DNA of 64,000 nt from an uncultured bacterium (GCA_937921485.1 CAKZSV010000015.1:9879-73878); one strand, 5' to 3'. Counted from the first letter of the stretch, positions 18,368-27,993 are shown. Made by a program: numbers and translations. The notes: generated by a model from the letters alone, not told the origin.

Positions 18368-18784
18368 ATGATTTCATTCGACCTTGAATGTGAAAAAGAA
18401 CACCGGTTTGAAGGCATTTTTAAGGACTACCAATCCTTCAAAGCGCAGATGCGACAAAACCTCATCGCGTGTCCGCTGTGTAATTCCACGAACGTGAAGC
18501 GGCTCTTTTCCGGCTGTTCAATCCAGGCGCGACCGGTTTCAAAAATTTCGAAAGACGGTAGCAGCCGAACTTTTTTTGAATTGGTGAAGGAACTTCGCGC
18601 GTTCGTCGAAAACAATTTCGAAAACGTGGGGCGTGAATTTCCCGAAATTGCCCGTGCCATTTATTATGGCACCGAAGAAGCGCGCGGTATTTACGGAGAG
18701 TCCTCCCTTGAAGAAATGAAAGAACTTGCAGAAGAAGGAATTCCCGTGCTTCCCCTGCCCGATGTTGAAAAGCTGGAAAATTAA
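18368..18784 (+). CDS. DUF1178-family zinc-ribbon protein
   Basis: The N-terminus MISFDLECEKEHRFEGIF...CPLCNS matches the characteristic DUF1178 start. Confidence 0.7.
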   Translation: MISFDLECEKEHRFEGIFKDYQSFKAQMRQNLIACPLCNSTNVKRLFSGCSIQARPVSKISKDGSSRTFFELVKELRAFVENNFENVGREFPEIARAIYYGTEEARGIYGESSLEEMKELAEEGIPVLPLPDVEKLEN

Positions 18785-18870
18785 ACCATTGCAGTAATAA
18801 TCGCTGAAATCCTGTTGCGCCCTCATATTTTTGTTATTGACATTTTGCAATCATACTGCAAATTATCCGC

Positions 18871-20040
18871 ATGTGGATTGAAAGAAAATTACAATCACTT
18901 TTAAAAGAGATTTTTGATCAATTTCCGGCAATTTTAATTGCCGGTCTCAGGCAGACCGGCAAAACATCGCTTTTACAAAGGCAATTTCCCGATGCCGAAT
19001 ACACCACTCTGGACCTCCCTTCCACCCGCATCGCAGCATCGCAAAATCCTTTAGAGTTTATTGAAAGTCGCAATACTCCTCTCATAATTGATGAAATTCA
19101 ATATTCACCAGAATTGTTCAACGCATTAAAAATTGTCATCGACAGGCGGAAATCCAGGAAACTTTTTTTGCTCACCGGCTCACAAAACTTTCATCTCATG
19201 CAGGGAGTTACAGAAAGCCTTGCGGGCAGATGCGCCCTTTTACAACTGCACCCACTCTCTCTATCGGAAATTCAGACCCGTATCGAAATCAGCGAAGACG
19301 ATATCATCTTTACGGGCGGGTTTCCGGAATTGCATGCATCTAAAAAAAATCATGATGTATGGTTTTCATCGTATATCGCAACATATCTCGAAAGAGATGT
19401 CCGTAATATTTTAAATGTATCCGACCTTCGCGATTTCAATCTTTTCATGCGCGCAACCGCTCTTAGAATAACCAGCCGGCTATCCTACAGCGATCTCGCG
19501 CGGGATATAGGCGTCTCGGTCAATACCGCAAAAAAATGGCTTTCGGTGCTCTCTGTTCTCGGCGCAATACATCTTGTGGAACCATATTTTTCCAACAGGG
19601 CAAAACGAATAATAAAATCTCCAAAAATATTTTACGCTGATACCGGGCTTTGCTCCTTTCTATGCGGCTTTACTTCTCCCCGACAATTACATCTTTCGCC
19701 CATGGCGGGATATTTCTTTGAAAATTTTGTTTACACTGAAATAATAAAGCACTTCTCATTTCAGGGCAAAAGATGCAATGTGTATTACTGGCGCGATACC
19801 CATGGCAGGGAAGTTGATTTTATTCTGGAAGGTCAAGCTGGAAAAATAATACCAATCGAATGCAAACGAACAGAAAACCCCAATGAAAAAGACATCAAAC
19901 ACCTTCGCGCAATAATTGATTATTACGGAAAAGAAAGAATTGACCGATGTTATGTGGTATGCAGAACGAATGACATGTATGAAATCGAAAAGAATATTTT
20001 CGCGATCGATATTAAAGGATTATTAAAAAAACTGCGCTAA
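18871..20040 (+). CDS. AAA+ ATPase with DUF4143-like C-terminal domain (second paralog)
   Basis: Walker A GLRQTGKTS and Walker B IIDEIQ, with the same architecture as 7211-8332. A promoter-like TTGACA-16-CAAATT ends about 6 nt before the ATG. Confidence 0.8.
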   Translation: MWIERKLQSLLKEIFDQFPAILIAGLRQTGKTSLLQRQFPDAEYTTLDLPSTRIAASQNPLEFIESRNTPLIIDEIQYSPELFNALKIVIDRRKSRKLFLLTGSQNFHLMQGVTESLAGRCALLQLHPLSLSEIQTRIEISEDDIIFTGGFPELHASKKNHDVWFSSYIATYLERDVRNILNVSDLRDFNLFMRATALRITSRLSYSDLARDIGVSVNTAKKWLSVLSVLGAIHLVEPYFSNRAKRIIKSPKIFYADTGLCSFLCGFTSPRQLHLSPMAGYFFENFVYTEIIKHFSFQGKRCNVYYWRDTHGREVDFILEGQAGKIIPIECKRTENPNEKDIKHLRAIIDYYGKERIDRCYVVCRTNDMYEIEKNIFAIDIKGLLKKLR

Positions 20041-21677
20041 ATAAAACCATCGTTATGCAGTATCTCGATAACTTCATTCTTAAAAAAAACTGCCGCTTTT
20101 CCACCGTTGAGATATTTTTCTCGAAATTGCTCACTTCGTGGCACAAAAATTCTTAGATTATTATGATTACAATTGCTCAGGCGAGCATCCGCTGTCTTTT
20201 TCAACATTTCCCGCACTTTTTTCATCTTTGCACGATACTCCTGTCCTTTAAGAACTGAAGGCACTCTGTTGGCGTTGAAGCTTGTGAACCAATCGAAGGC
20301 AAGACAATCGTGATAAAAATTGGTGTTTCCTATAAGATTTTTCACAATAAAACTCATAAGAAACTGAAACATCGAATGCCACGAAATATCGCGCAAATCT
20401 CCGCTCGCCGATTCTGCCATTGCACAGTACAATTCCCATGGCGAAGAAAACCATGCGCAGAGCTCATTCATGGTAATACCAAAACGCTTCGAATTGTACA
20501 GCGCATCCACAAGCCGCGCAATTTTTTTTATTCTACTCACCTCTTCTTCTGAAAGCCATGCGTTGCGCAGTATCGAATACGGCGCGGTTTCTTCATAGCG
20601 CATTCGGTATTCTTCGGCGCTTCTTCGAATTGCCGTGCCTGGTAAAAGCTTTAATATACCAATCTGAAAGTGCTCCGCGCCGAGCGCATGGACATTGTCG
20701 AACGATTCTCCAAGCATTCGAAAATCTTCCCCGGGAAGTCCCGCGATGAGATCCGCATGCAACCGGATGTTTCCCATGGATTTCAATTTTTTAATATTTT
20801 CTTTCTCTACATCCCACTTTCCTTTTCTGTGGATATGAGCGCGAACCGATTCGTGCGCCGTCTGTACCCCGATTTCAAATTGAAATAAATTTATCGGCGC
20901 TTTTTTAAGAACTTCAAAATCATCATTTGTCAAAAGAGCGGGATGCACTTCAAAATGAAAGGTCGTGCTATCATTTGCATAACGCTCGATGAGCATTTCC
21001 CATATATGCCTGCCTCGCTCAGGATTTGCATTGAACGTGCGGTCGATGAATTTTACCAGTTTCGGCGAGTGGCGCATAATGATCTCGATTTCAGCGCTAA
21101 CCTGTGAAAGCTTTCGAAACTCAAGTTTTTGATCTTTGCACGATGATATGCAGTACGTGCAGTTAAATGGGCAACCCCTGCTCGATTCATAATACACATT
21201 TTTATTCATAAATCCGGGAAAATCTTCTTCCCTGTATGGAAAAGGAATTTCAGAAAACTGTGGATTTCGGGATTGAACAATTTTTTCTTTAATATCAAAA
21301 TCATTTTCTACAAGCCGACGAAAACCTTCCTCGCCAGGGCCTGTGATGATGCAGTCAATTGCCGGATATGCATTCAGCCATTCATCAGCATTATACGAAA
21401 CCTCCGGCCCGCCGAGAAATACAAAGAATTTTTTATGTGCTGATATCAACGCAAGCACCTGTTTTATGATGCGTGAATTCCAGATATACGCCGAAAGCCC
21501 CACCGCATCAGGATTCTGCCGCGTGATTTCTTCGGCGATTTGTTCAGCAGTATTGCGTATGGTATATTCCTGGATATGAACATCCGATGAGATATCGGCC
21601 ACAAACGTTCTAAGATAATACAATGCCACGGCAGGGTGTGAATATCTTGCGTTTATGCCGATTAAAAGTATTTTCAT
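20037..21677 (-). CDS. B12-binding-domain radical SAM protein with DUF4080-like C-terminus
   Basis: N-terminal cobalamin-binding-like domain and the radical SAM motif CPFNCTYC. The 546-aa length is typical of this family. Confidence 0.75.
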   Translation of the reverse strand: MKILLIGINARYSHPAVALYYLRTFVADISSDVHIQEYTIRNTAEQIAEEITRQNPDAVGLSAYIWNSRIIKQVLALISAHKKFFVFLGGPEVSYNADEWLNAYPAIDCIITGPGEEGFRRLVENDFDIKEKIVQSRNPQFSEIPFPYREEDFPGFMNKNVYYESSRGCPFNCTYCISSCKDQKLEFRKLSQVSAEIEIIMRHSPKLVKFIDRTFNANPERGRHIWEMLIERYANDSTTFHFEVHPALLTNDDFEVLKKAPINLFQFEIGVQTAHESVRAHIHRKGKWDVEKENIKKLKSMGNIRLHADLIAGLPGEDFRMLGESFDNVHALGAEHFQIGILKLLPGTAIRRSAEEYRMRYEETAPYSILRNAWLSEEEVSRIKKIARLVDALYNSKRFGITMNELCAWFSSPWELYCAMAESASGDLRDISWHSMFQFLMSFIVKNLIGNTNFYHDCLAFDWFTSFNANRVPSVLKGQEYRAKMKKVREMLKKTADARLSNCNHNNLRIFVPRSEQFREKYLNGGKAAVFFKNEVIEILHNDGFI

Positions 21678-21711
21678 GATGAGAAAATCATCATACCCGA
21701 TTGCACAAAAT

Positions 21712-21753
21712 CAAGAAAAAAATGTAAACGGCCTCCGGTTTCCCGGAGGCCGT
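21712..21753 (-). terminator. Intrinsic terminator after the formate dehydrogenase genes
   Basis: On the minus strand: hairpin ACGGCCTCCGG-GAAA-CCGGAGGCCGT followed by TTACATTTTTTT. Confidence 0.75.
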
Positions 21754-21785
21754 CTTTATCATACTCAAACTTGTGATTATAGAGC

Positions 21786-22580
21786 TTACGACATCCTTTC
21801 GCGTTCGGAAAACCCCGCCATGGAGCGAGCCATCTTCCATGCCGTCCGCTTCAAAGGCGCAAGGCCGAATGTGAAGACTGAAAGCAGCGCGTACATATCC
21901 TTCGCGTGCTCAATCTTCGTGATGTTCAGCCGCGGCGGATTGACCGGAATACCGTACTTATCGGGACGGTCTTTAAGGATCACAATCATCCGCATCCCAT
22001 CAAACTCGTCCTTGCCGTACAGCGTTGCGGAAGGAAACTCGTTACGCTTGTACACCGCCAGCCGGCGAGCTGCTTCATCTAAAATCCTTCCGCGCGGTCC
22101 AAAGGTAAGCGCTCCTGTAGGACACGCGAATGCGCACGCGGGCACCTCCCGCGTGTGCACCGTGCAGCCGTTGCACTTATACGTCTTGTCGTTATCCCTG
22201 CGAATGTGCGGCACCTTATAGATGCACTCGTTCACACACGCCCCGCATCCAATGCAGCGATTCTGGTCTATTACCACCCAGCCGTCCACGCGGTGAATTG
22301 CCCGCTCGGGACAGATTTTTTCGCAGTTGGCATCATTGCAGTGATAGCATTTTGTGTGAATGATCTGCCACACCGGCTTTTCGGGATTTGTCCGGTCCAC
22401 CGGAAAAAACCGCACGTGGTTCCAGGTAATCGCTGAAAGCTCCCGGGGGTTGGTCAGTTCCGGCCCCGCGAAAAATTCTGTTTGTTCGCCGGGAAGGTCG
22501 TTCCATTGCTTGCAGGCAACCTGGCATGCCCGGCAGCCCGTACACTTCGTGGTATCAAGTAAAAACGCTTTATCTGCCAT
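21786..22580 (-). CDS. Formate dehydrogenase iron-sulfur (beta) subunit with C-terminal membrane anchor
   Basis: Ferredoxin-type Cys clusters (CTGCRACQVAC, CYHCNDANCEKIC, CIGCGACVNEC). The start was trimmed to ATG 22580 (MADKAFLLD), which is preceded by GGGGGA 10 nt after the alpha-subunit stop. Confidence 0.85.
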   Translation of the reverse strand: MADKAFLLDTTKCTGCRACQVACKQWNDLPGEQTEFFAGPELTNPRELSAITWNHVRFFPVDRTNPEKPVWQIIHTKCYHCNDANCEKICPERAIHRVDGWVVIDQNRCIGCGACVNECIYKVPHIRRDNDKTYKCNGCTVHTREVPACAFACPTGALTFGPRGRILDEAARRLAVYKRNEFPSATLYGKDEFDGMRMIVILKDRPDKYGIPVNPPRLNITKIEHAKDMYALLSVFTFGLAPLKRTAWKMARSMAGFSERERMS

Positions 22581-22590
22581 AGTTTCCCCC

Positions 22591-25581
22591 TTATGCCTTT
22601 CTGATGTCAACAAGGAACGCCTTGTATTCCGGAATTCCGGTATTTGCATCGCCGATGTGCGGTGTTAATGAATTGCAGCTGTCACCGGAAGCGGCACATC
22701 CATGGCCGAAGTGCCATATGAGTCCCACCATCTCGATAGGCCTTCCATTGATCATGAGCGCCTTGATGCGGTTGGTCACCAGCGCTCTGCATTTCACTTC
22801 GCCGCGTTTTGAAGTGACCTTCACCATATCGCCGTTCTGAATGCCCTTTTGCGCCGCCAGTTCCGGACTGATCTCGCAGAACATATCCGGCACCAGCTCA
22901 GTGAGCCACGGAAGGTTTCGGGTCATGGCGCCTGCCTGCCAGTGTTCCGTCATGCGGTAGGTGGTCGCAATATAGGGAAATTGAGCCACAGTGCCGAATT
23001 CATTGCGCACGGAATCCAGAATAAGCGAGCCTGGATTCACGGGCAGATTATTGAAAATGTTTTGCACCGGGCTTTCCATCGGTTCATAATGTTCAGGAAA
23101 TGGGCCATCTTCGAGAGTGCCTGCGAACAATCGCCCCACACCTTCCGGATTCATAATGAAAGGATTTTTGGCTGATGGTCCCGCGGTAGGCCCTCCATCG
23201 ACCACATCGCCTTTCCACTTGCTGCCAGTCCACTTCACCACCCATTTCTGCGGATTCCAGGGTTCGCCATTGCGCTTGACGCTCGCGCGATTGTAGATGA
23301 TGCGGCGATTGACCGGCCAGCTCCACGTCCATTCGGGATACAGGCCAATCTTGCTCGGCACATCTTTGGTGCCGCGGCGGGTCATCATGTTGCCATCTTC
23401 AGTATAGCTGCCGCTGTATATCCAGCACCCGCATGCAGTGGAACCATCGTCTTTTAAATCCATAAAACTTTTAAGTTGTTTTTTATCTGACCATGTATAG
23501 CCATTAATCTCCTTTGCCACCAAATGCACATCAGGCTCATCTTCATGGCCATGCGTGTAATTCCAGTTCGCCTTAATGATGGGATCGGGTAATGCGCACG
23601 GACGGTTGTTCTGCACATCCTGCTGGTAGAGTTCCCGCACCTTCCGGAAAAGCGCATCAACAAACCAGAGGTCGGATTTCGCCACTCCCGGCGGCTCTAC
23701 TGCCTTATAGCGCCATTGCGCCCACCGTGCGGAATTGGTAATGCTTCCCTCTTTTTCAACGGACGAAGCCATGGGAAGCAAGAACACTTCAGTTTGAATC
23801 GCCCGGGGATTTGCACCAGGACGCTTCCAGAAAATGGAAGTGTCCGTTTCCCAGATATCCGCACATACCAGCCACTCAAGCCGCTCAAGCGCTTTTGCTT
23901 CTTTATCCGCATTGGGTCCGCCCACCACCGGATTTGCACCCATGATGATGCAACCTTTATGCTTCCCCTCGTACATATCCTCAAAGAGCACAATGTGGGG
24001 CGTCGGCTTTTCGGCTTTGGGAAGCCAGTCGAAACAAAAATCGTTATCCTTTGTCGCGGCTTCCCCAAACCACGCTTTCAGCAAGCTCACCACGTACTTG
24101 GGACGATTCGACCACCAGTTGATGCTTTTGGGATCATTGTTTGTCGGTGTGGTAGCGGAGAGATATGCTTTGAGATTGGGATGCTTTTTCTCACTCGGCA
24201 CCGGATTATACCCGGGAATGATATGCCACAACAGCGCATGGTCGGTGGAACCCTGCACATTGGATTCTCCGCGCAATGCCTGAATGCCGCCGCCCGCAAG
24301 GCCGATATTTCCCAAAAGAAGCTGGATGATGGCATAACAGCGGACGTTCTGCGTTCCCACCGTATGCTGGGTTGTTCCCATCGCGTACATAATCGTCATC
24401 ACCCTATCGGGCGCCGAAGTGGATGCGATCAATTCGCAGATTTTATTGAATGTAGAAACCGGACATCCCGTCATCGCCGATACTTTCTCAGGAGTATAGC
24501 GCGCGAAATGCCGTTTCATAAGCTGATACACGCACTGCGGATCCTGCAGCGTGGGATCCTGCTTCGGAATTCCTTTCGAATCGACTTGATATTTCCAGCT
24601 ATCTTTATTGGTATATTGGCGCTTCGCCGCATCGTAGCCTGAAAAAATACCATTGTTAAATGAATATCTCGGATCGATGAGGTAGGACGCATTGGTATAT
24701 TCAACCACATACTCTCGCTGAATCTTATCATTTTGTAGCAGGTAGTTGATGATGCCGTTCAAAAGGGCAATATCCGTCCCCGGGCGAAGCGGCGCATACA
24801 GGTCGGCCACCGACGCAGAGCGGTTGACACGCGGATCGACTACAATGAGTTTCCCGCCCTTTTCTCGCGCTTTCGTCACATATTTAAAGGATATGGGGTG
24901 CGTCTCAGCGGCATTGCTTCCCATGAGCAAAATGATATCGGCGTGTTCAATGTCGCCCCATGCGTTGGTCATCGCGCCACGGCCAAACGATGCAGCAAGG
25001 CTTGCGACCGAAGGGCTGTGGCATAGGCGCGCCTGATGCTCAAGATAGGTGATGCCGAGCAATCGCGCGCATTTGCTCCAGAGATAGCATTCTTCATTGT
25101 CGAGCGCCGCGCCGCCGAGACCGGCAATGGCGGGTGTGCGATTGACCGTCACGCCGTTTGAACGTGCAACGAAGCTTTGATCCCGCACTCGCTTTACGCG
25201 CTCAGCAATCATTGTGATCGCTCTATCCCAGGTAATTTCTTCCCATTCGGTACCGCCCGGACGGCGATACTGCACCGTGCTGAGACGGCGATTGATGGGA
25301 TTTACTGCCACCTGATGCAGTGCGGAACCCTTGGAGCAAAGCGATCCCTTGTTAATGGGATGATCTGGATCGCCTTCGATATTTACGACTCTTCCGTTCC
25401 GGGTGGAAACGATGAGGCTACATCCAACTCCACAGTATGGACAGATGGTTGTGCTTTCACGCGTTCCTCGCAATTTGTCGGGCTTCGATTTACAGCCAGT
25501 GAGCAATGCGCTGCCGCCTAAAATCGCTCCGGCAGTGGTGAAACCTGAAAGCTTGAGAAAGTCCCTTCTGGTTACGGGCAT
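22591..25581 (-). CDS. fdhA: Periplasmic formate dehydrogenase catalytic (alpha) subunit, Mo/W-bis-PGD family, Cys-type
   Basis: Twin-arginine signal TRRDFLK and N-terminal FeS motif CPYCGVGC. The motif ARLCHSPSVASL has Cys where selenoprotein homologs carry Sec. The 996-codon ORF is uninterrupted. Confidence 0.9.
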   Translation of the reverse strand: MPVTRRDFLKLSGFTTAGAILGGSALLTGCKSKPDKLRGTRESTTICPYCGVGCSLIVSTRNGRVVNIEGDPDHPINKGSLCSKGSALHQVAVNPINRRLSTVQYRRPGGTEWEEITWDRAITMIAERVKRVRDQSFVARSNGVTVNRTPAIAGLGGAALDNEECYLWSKCARLLGITYLEHQARLCHSPSVASLAASFGRGAMTNAWGDIEHADIILLMGSNAAETHPISFKYVTKAREKGGKLIVVDPRVNRSASVADLYAPLRPGTDIALLNGIINYLLQNDKIQREYVVEYTNASYLIDPRYSFNNGIFSGYDAAKRQYTNKDSWKYQVDSKGIPKQDPTLQDPQCVYQLMKRHFARYTPEKVSAMTGCPVSTFNKICELIASTSAPDRVMTIMYAMGTTQHTVGTQNVRCYAIIQLLLGNIGLAGGGIQALRGESNVQGSTDHALLWHIIPGYNPVPSEKKHPNLKAYLSATTPTNNDPKSINWWSNRPKYVVSLLKAWFGEAATKDNDFCFDWLPKAEKPTPHIVLFEDMYEGKHKGCIIMGANPVVGGPNADKEAKALERLEWLVCADIWETDTSIFWKRPGANPRAIQTEVFLLPMASSVEKEGSITNSARWAQWRYKAVEPPGVAKSDLWFVDALFRKVRELYQQDVQNNRPCALPDPIIKANWNYTHGHEDEPDVHLVAKEINGYTWSDKKQLKSFMDLKDDGSTACGCWIYSGSYTEDGNMMTRRGTKDVPSKIGLYPEWTWSWPVNRRIIYNRASVKRNGEPWNPQKWVVKWTGSKWKGDVVDGGPTAGPSAKNPFIMNPEGVGRLFAGTLEDGPFPEHYEPMESPVQNIFNNLPVNPGSLILDSVRNEFGTVAQFPYIATTYRMTEHWQAGAMTRNLPWLTELVPDMFCEISPELAAQKGIQNGDMVKVTSKRGEVKCRALVTNRIKALMINGRPIEMVGLIWHFGHGCAASGDSCNSLTPHIGDANTGIPEYKAFLVDIRKA

Positions 25582-25890
25582 ATTCTCCTCCTGAAAAAGT
25601 GTAATTTTATCAAAAATTCAACTATTCCCTTGCATCTTTAATGCACCCCGCCGATATAGTACCGGCGAAGCGACGTGTCGCACGCGGCGCATTTATACGA
25701 TGGATCACAATGTGCCGTACTCAATCGCTAAGGAGAAAAAGCGATTTGCCAATCAGCGAACGGACACGATATCCCGCGAAGCCAGCCCGCGCGATATGCC
25801 CTCTCGGGCAGAACCTGCCCGATAATCCGCCCGCATCAGATCCGTCGCCCGTGGACCATGCCGTTCACCTCCTGTAATTGATTTTAATAC
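25582..25890 (-). promoter_or_regulatory. Long structured 5' leader of the fdh genes (unclassified)
   Basis: A GC-rich segment with several perfect hairpins (for example CGGGCAG-GTT-CTGCCCG and AATCGCT-N10-AGCGATT) lies between an AT-rich promoter zone and the fdhA RBS. Confidence 0.35.
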
Positions 25891-26097
25891 TAGAAAATAT
25901 TCATAATGTTTATTGTCAATATTATTTTTACGAGTGAGAATAAGAGTAGTGTAAATCCGGTCAAAAGCCATTTCAATCGCCTCCAATACTACTTTATATA
26001 ACCTTATTGAAGACGATGAAAATAGCTCTTTCAGAAAAAATTTTTTTACTTTTGCTAAATTTTTTTTGAATTTACATAAATTCTGAATACGATTCAA

Positions 26098-26862
26098 TCA
26101 GATTTTCGCCGCGCGTCGCTCCTTTTCAAGCTTTTCATACGCTTCCAGCATAATGTTTCGCACCATTTCAGCCACATCCTCGACGTTCATGTCCGCAAAG
26201 CGTTCGTATGGTATTTCATCCAACACTCGAAGCCAGATTTTGTGCACACCATGATAATCGAAGCTCTTTTTGGGAAGTGCTTCCCGCGTGCCGCTGACCA
26301 CCATCGGCAGAATCGGAACTTTCTTCTCTTTGGCAAGCATAAACGCGCCGGGCTTAAAAGCGCGGAACTGGCCTGTTTCCGAGCGCGTGCCTTCAGGATA
26401 GAATAATACCGAACTTCCCTCTTCGAGGCGCTCGGCCGCAACTTTCATCATTTGTTCAATGCTCTGCTTATCGCCCCGCTTGAGTTTGATGTACCTGTTT
26501 AAAACCATATTCCAGCCGATGAAGGGAATTCTGAATATTTCAATTTTCGAAACGAATTTAAAATGCGTGTAGAGCCGAAAATTCACCAGAATATCAAGAA
26601 GGGACTGGTGATTGCATACCACCATATAGGCGACATCTTTACGGAATTTTTCCCGCCCCTCGACTTTTATCTTCCATGGCGGCATAATATAGGTGTACAT
26701 GCTCGCCCAGAAGCAGGTAAACAAATGCAAAAGGCGCAGTCGGCGGTCAAAGGGATAGGTGATAATTCTAATCATCAGAGCAATCACATACATGATTGGA
26801 GAGGTGAGGCCTACTGCGATAAAAAAATATGATGAAATTAACCAGCTTTTAAACGTATTCAT
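26098..26862 (-). CDS. plsC: 1-acyl-sn-glycerol-3-phosphate acyltransferase
   Basis: The HX4D motif is NHQSLLD, and FYPEGTRS is present. N-terminal TM segment. Confidence 0.85.
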   Translation of the reverse strand: MNTFKSWLISSYFFIAVGLTSPIMYVIALMIRIITYPFDRRLRLLHLFTCFWASMYTYIMPPWKIKVEGREKFRKDVAYMVVCNHQSLLDILVNFRLYTHFKFVSKIEIFRIPFIGWNMVLNRYIKLKRGDKQSIEQMMKVAAERLEEGSSVLFYPEGTRSETGQFRAFKPGAFMLAKEKKVPILPMVVSGTREALPKKSFDYHGVHKIWLRVLDEIPYERFADMNVEDVAEMVRNIMLEAYEKLEKERRAAKI

Positions 26863-26975
26863 AATACACCTGAAATAAATTGATGGGGATAAAATTTTGC
26901 CGAACTTATACCGACCAAATATATTGTCAACAGATTTGACAGTATATCACATCGTATGATTGTACCGCAAAAATT

Positions 26976-27494
26976 TCACGCTATTCCCGCCTCAATTCCT
27001 ATCAAATAAATTACATTGGTCACATACGCAAGCGCACCACTGAAGCGTTCTTTGATGATGCAGGGAGGAAGGGTTTTTATGATGCCGTGCAGCGCTTCAG
27101 CGCGGGAAGAGAGAGATGCCAGCAACGGAACAAGCGCCTGCAGGCCAATCATGCGTTTGAATTCATCCGTTAATGAAGGGATTGCGCGTATATTCGCAAA
27201 AGCTTCACGCACAGGTGAAACGGCATTTGCATCTATTCCTGCGATGAGATATTCGATGGTGCAGATCTTCGCGATTTCATAGGCATCGCGCACATCATCG
27301 CACTCTTCGTTGCCCGCACATCCCGGGAAGCGCTCCAAATACGCATCTCCCAATTCGATTATCGCTTCAGTGGTCATAGTAAAATTTCCGCGCAAGCATC
27401 GTACCGCTTTTCGAAAGTCCTCCGTATCAGCGCTTTGCCGGAAGATATCTGCGAGCGATGAATGTGTTTGTTTTTCGAGCACGCATCCCTCCAC
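26976..27494 (-). CDS. Hypothetical protein (family not recognised)
   Basis: ORF co-directional with rrf2, 65 nt downstream of it. The start is uncertain: GTG at 27494, or GTG at 27482 preceded by GGAGGG. Confidence 0.5.
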   Translation of the reverse strand: MEGCVLEKQTHSSLADIFRQSADTEDFRKAVRCLRGNFTMTTEAIIELGDAYLERFPGCAGNEECDDVRDAYEIAKICTIEYLIAGIDANAVSPVREAFANIRAIPSLTDEFKRMIGLQALVPLLASLSSRAEALHGIIKTLPPCIIKERFSGALAYVTNVIYLIGIEAGIA

Positions 27495-27558
27495 TGCTGC
27501 ACTGCTGAAAGGATGGCATTGTATGATTCATGTCAAGTTAGTTTTTCATGTTCACGTG

Positions 27559-27993
27559 CTAAATCTCATAGCACGCACCGGCGGAATCCCTCGATTCCTC
27601 CATCAGATCCGCAAGCGTGGTCGATTCAAGTTCCCTTCGAATTGTGGCGCTCAATCGCTCCCAGAATTTTCGTGCTGCGCAATCCCCGGCGCGTGCACAC
27701 AATGCTGAATGCGTAACGCAATCGACGAGTTCAACATTGCCTTCAAGCGCCGTGAATACTACCAGAAGTGTAATCTCATTCGGTTTTCGGGATAACAAGT
27801 ATCCTCCCGTATTGCCGCGTACGCTTGTAAGCAGTCCCGCATTTTTCAATTGCACCAGAAGCGCGTGCAGATATTTTTTCGAAATGCCCTGCTTTTTCGA
27901 AATTTCATTGAGGTCAACCGGCCTGCCGGTGCTGTGCTCTGCAATTTCGAGCATCGCTCGCATGCCGTATCTCATTCGCGTCGAAAGCTTCAT
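27559..27993 (-). CDS. Rrf2-family transcriptional regulator (IscR/CymR-like, Cys-ligand type)
   Basis: The N-terminal winged helix is MKLSTRMRYGMRAMLEIA. Three clustered Cys lie in CVTHSALCARAGDC. It lies downstream of cysK. Confidence 0.85.
   Translation of the reverse strand: MKLSTRMRYGMRAMLEIAEHSTGRPVDLNEISKKQGISKKYLHALLVQLKNAGLLTSVRGNTGGYLLSRKPNEITLLVVFTALEGNVELVDCVTHSALCARAGDCAARKFWERLSATIRRELESTTLADLMEESRDSAGACYEI

Noticed and set aside
23716-24642. Long ORFs embedded antisense or out of frame in large genes. Examples are 23716-24642(+) in fdhA, 51481-52296(+) in the giant lipoprotein gene, 56726-57466(+) in the AsmA-like gene and 60810-61442(-) in nnr.
   Set aside because: They are fully contained in well-supported genes. 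Their composition is Arg/Ser/Pro/His-rich and low-complexity, with no recognisable motifs or RBS. These are typical shadow ORFs.
24950-25100. Selenocysteine (in-frame TGA) in the formate dehydrogenase alpha subunit.
   Set aside because: The ORF is uninterrupted, and the conserved active-site position reads Cys (ARLCHSPSVASL). There is no in-frame TGA, so there is no reason to invoke a SECIS element.
25582-25900. A firm call of a Moco/Tuco riboswitch in the fdh leader.
   Set aside because: The context fits, but I could not identify the conserved Moco motif core by eye. I kept this only as a hypothesis to test with a covariance model.
25753-26097. 114-aa ORF directly after plsC on the minus strand.
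   Set aside because: It starts with TTG and has no RBS. Half of it lies in the AT-rich promoter zone and half in the structured fdh leader. The sequence is low-complexity with no motif. It is more likely non-coding.
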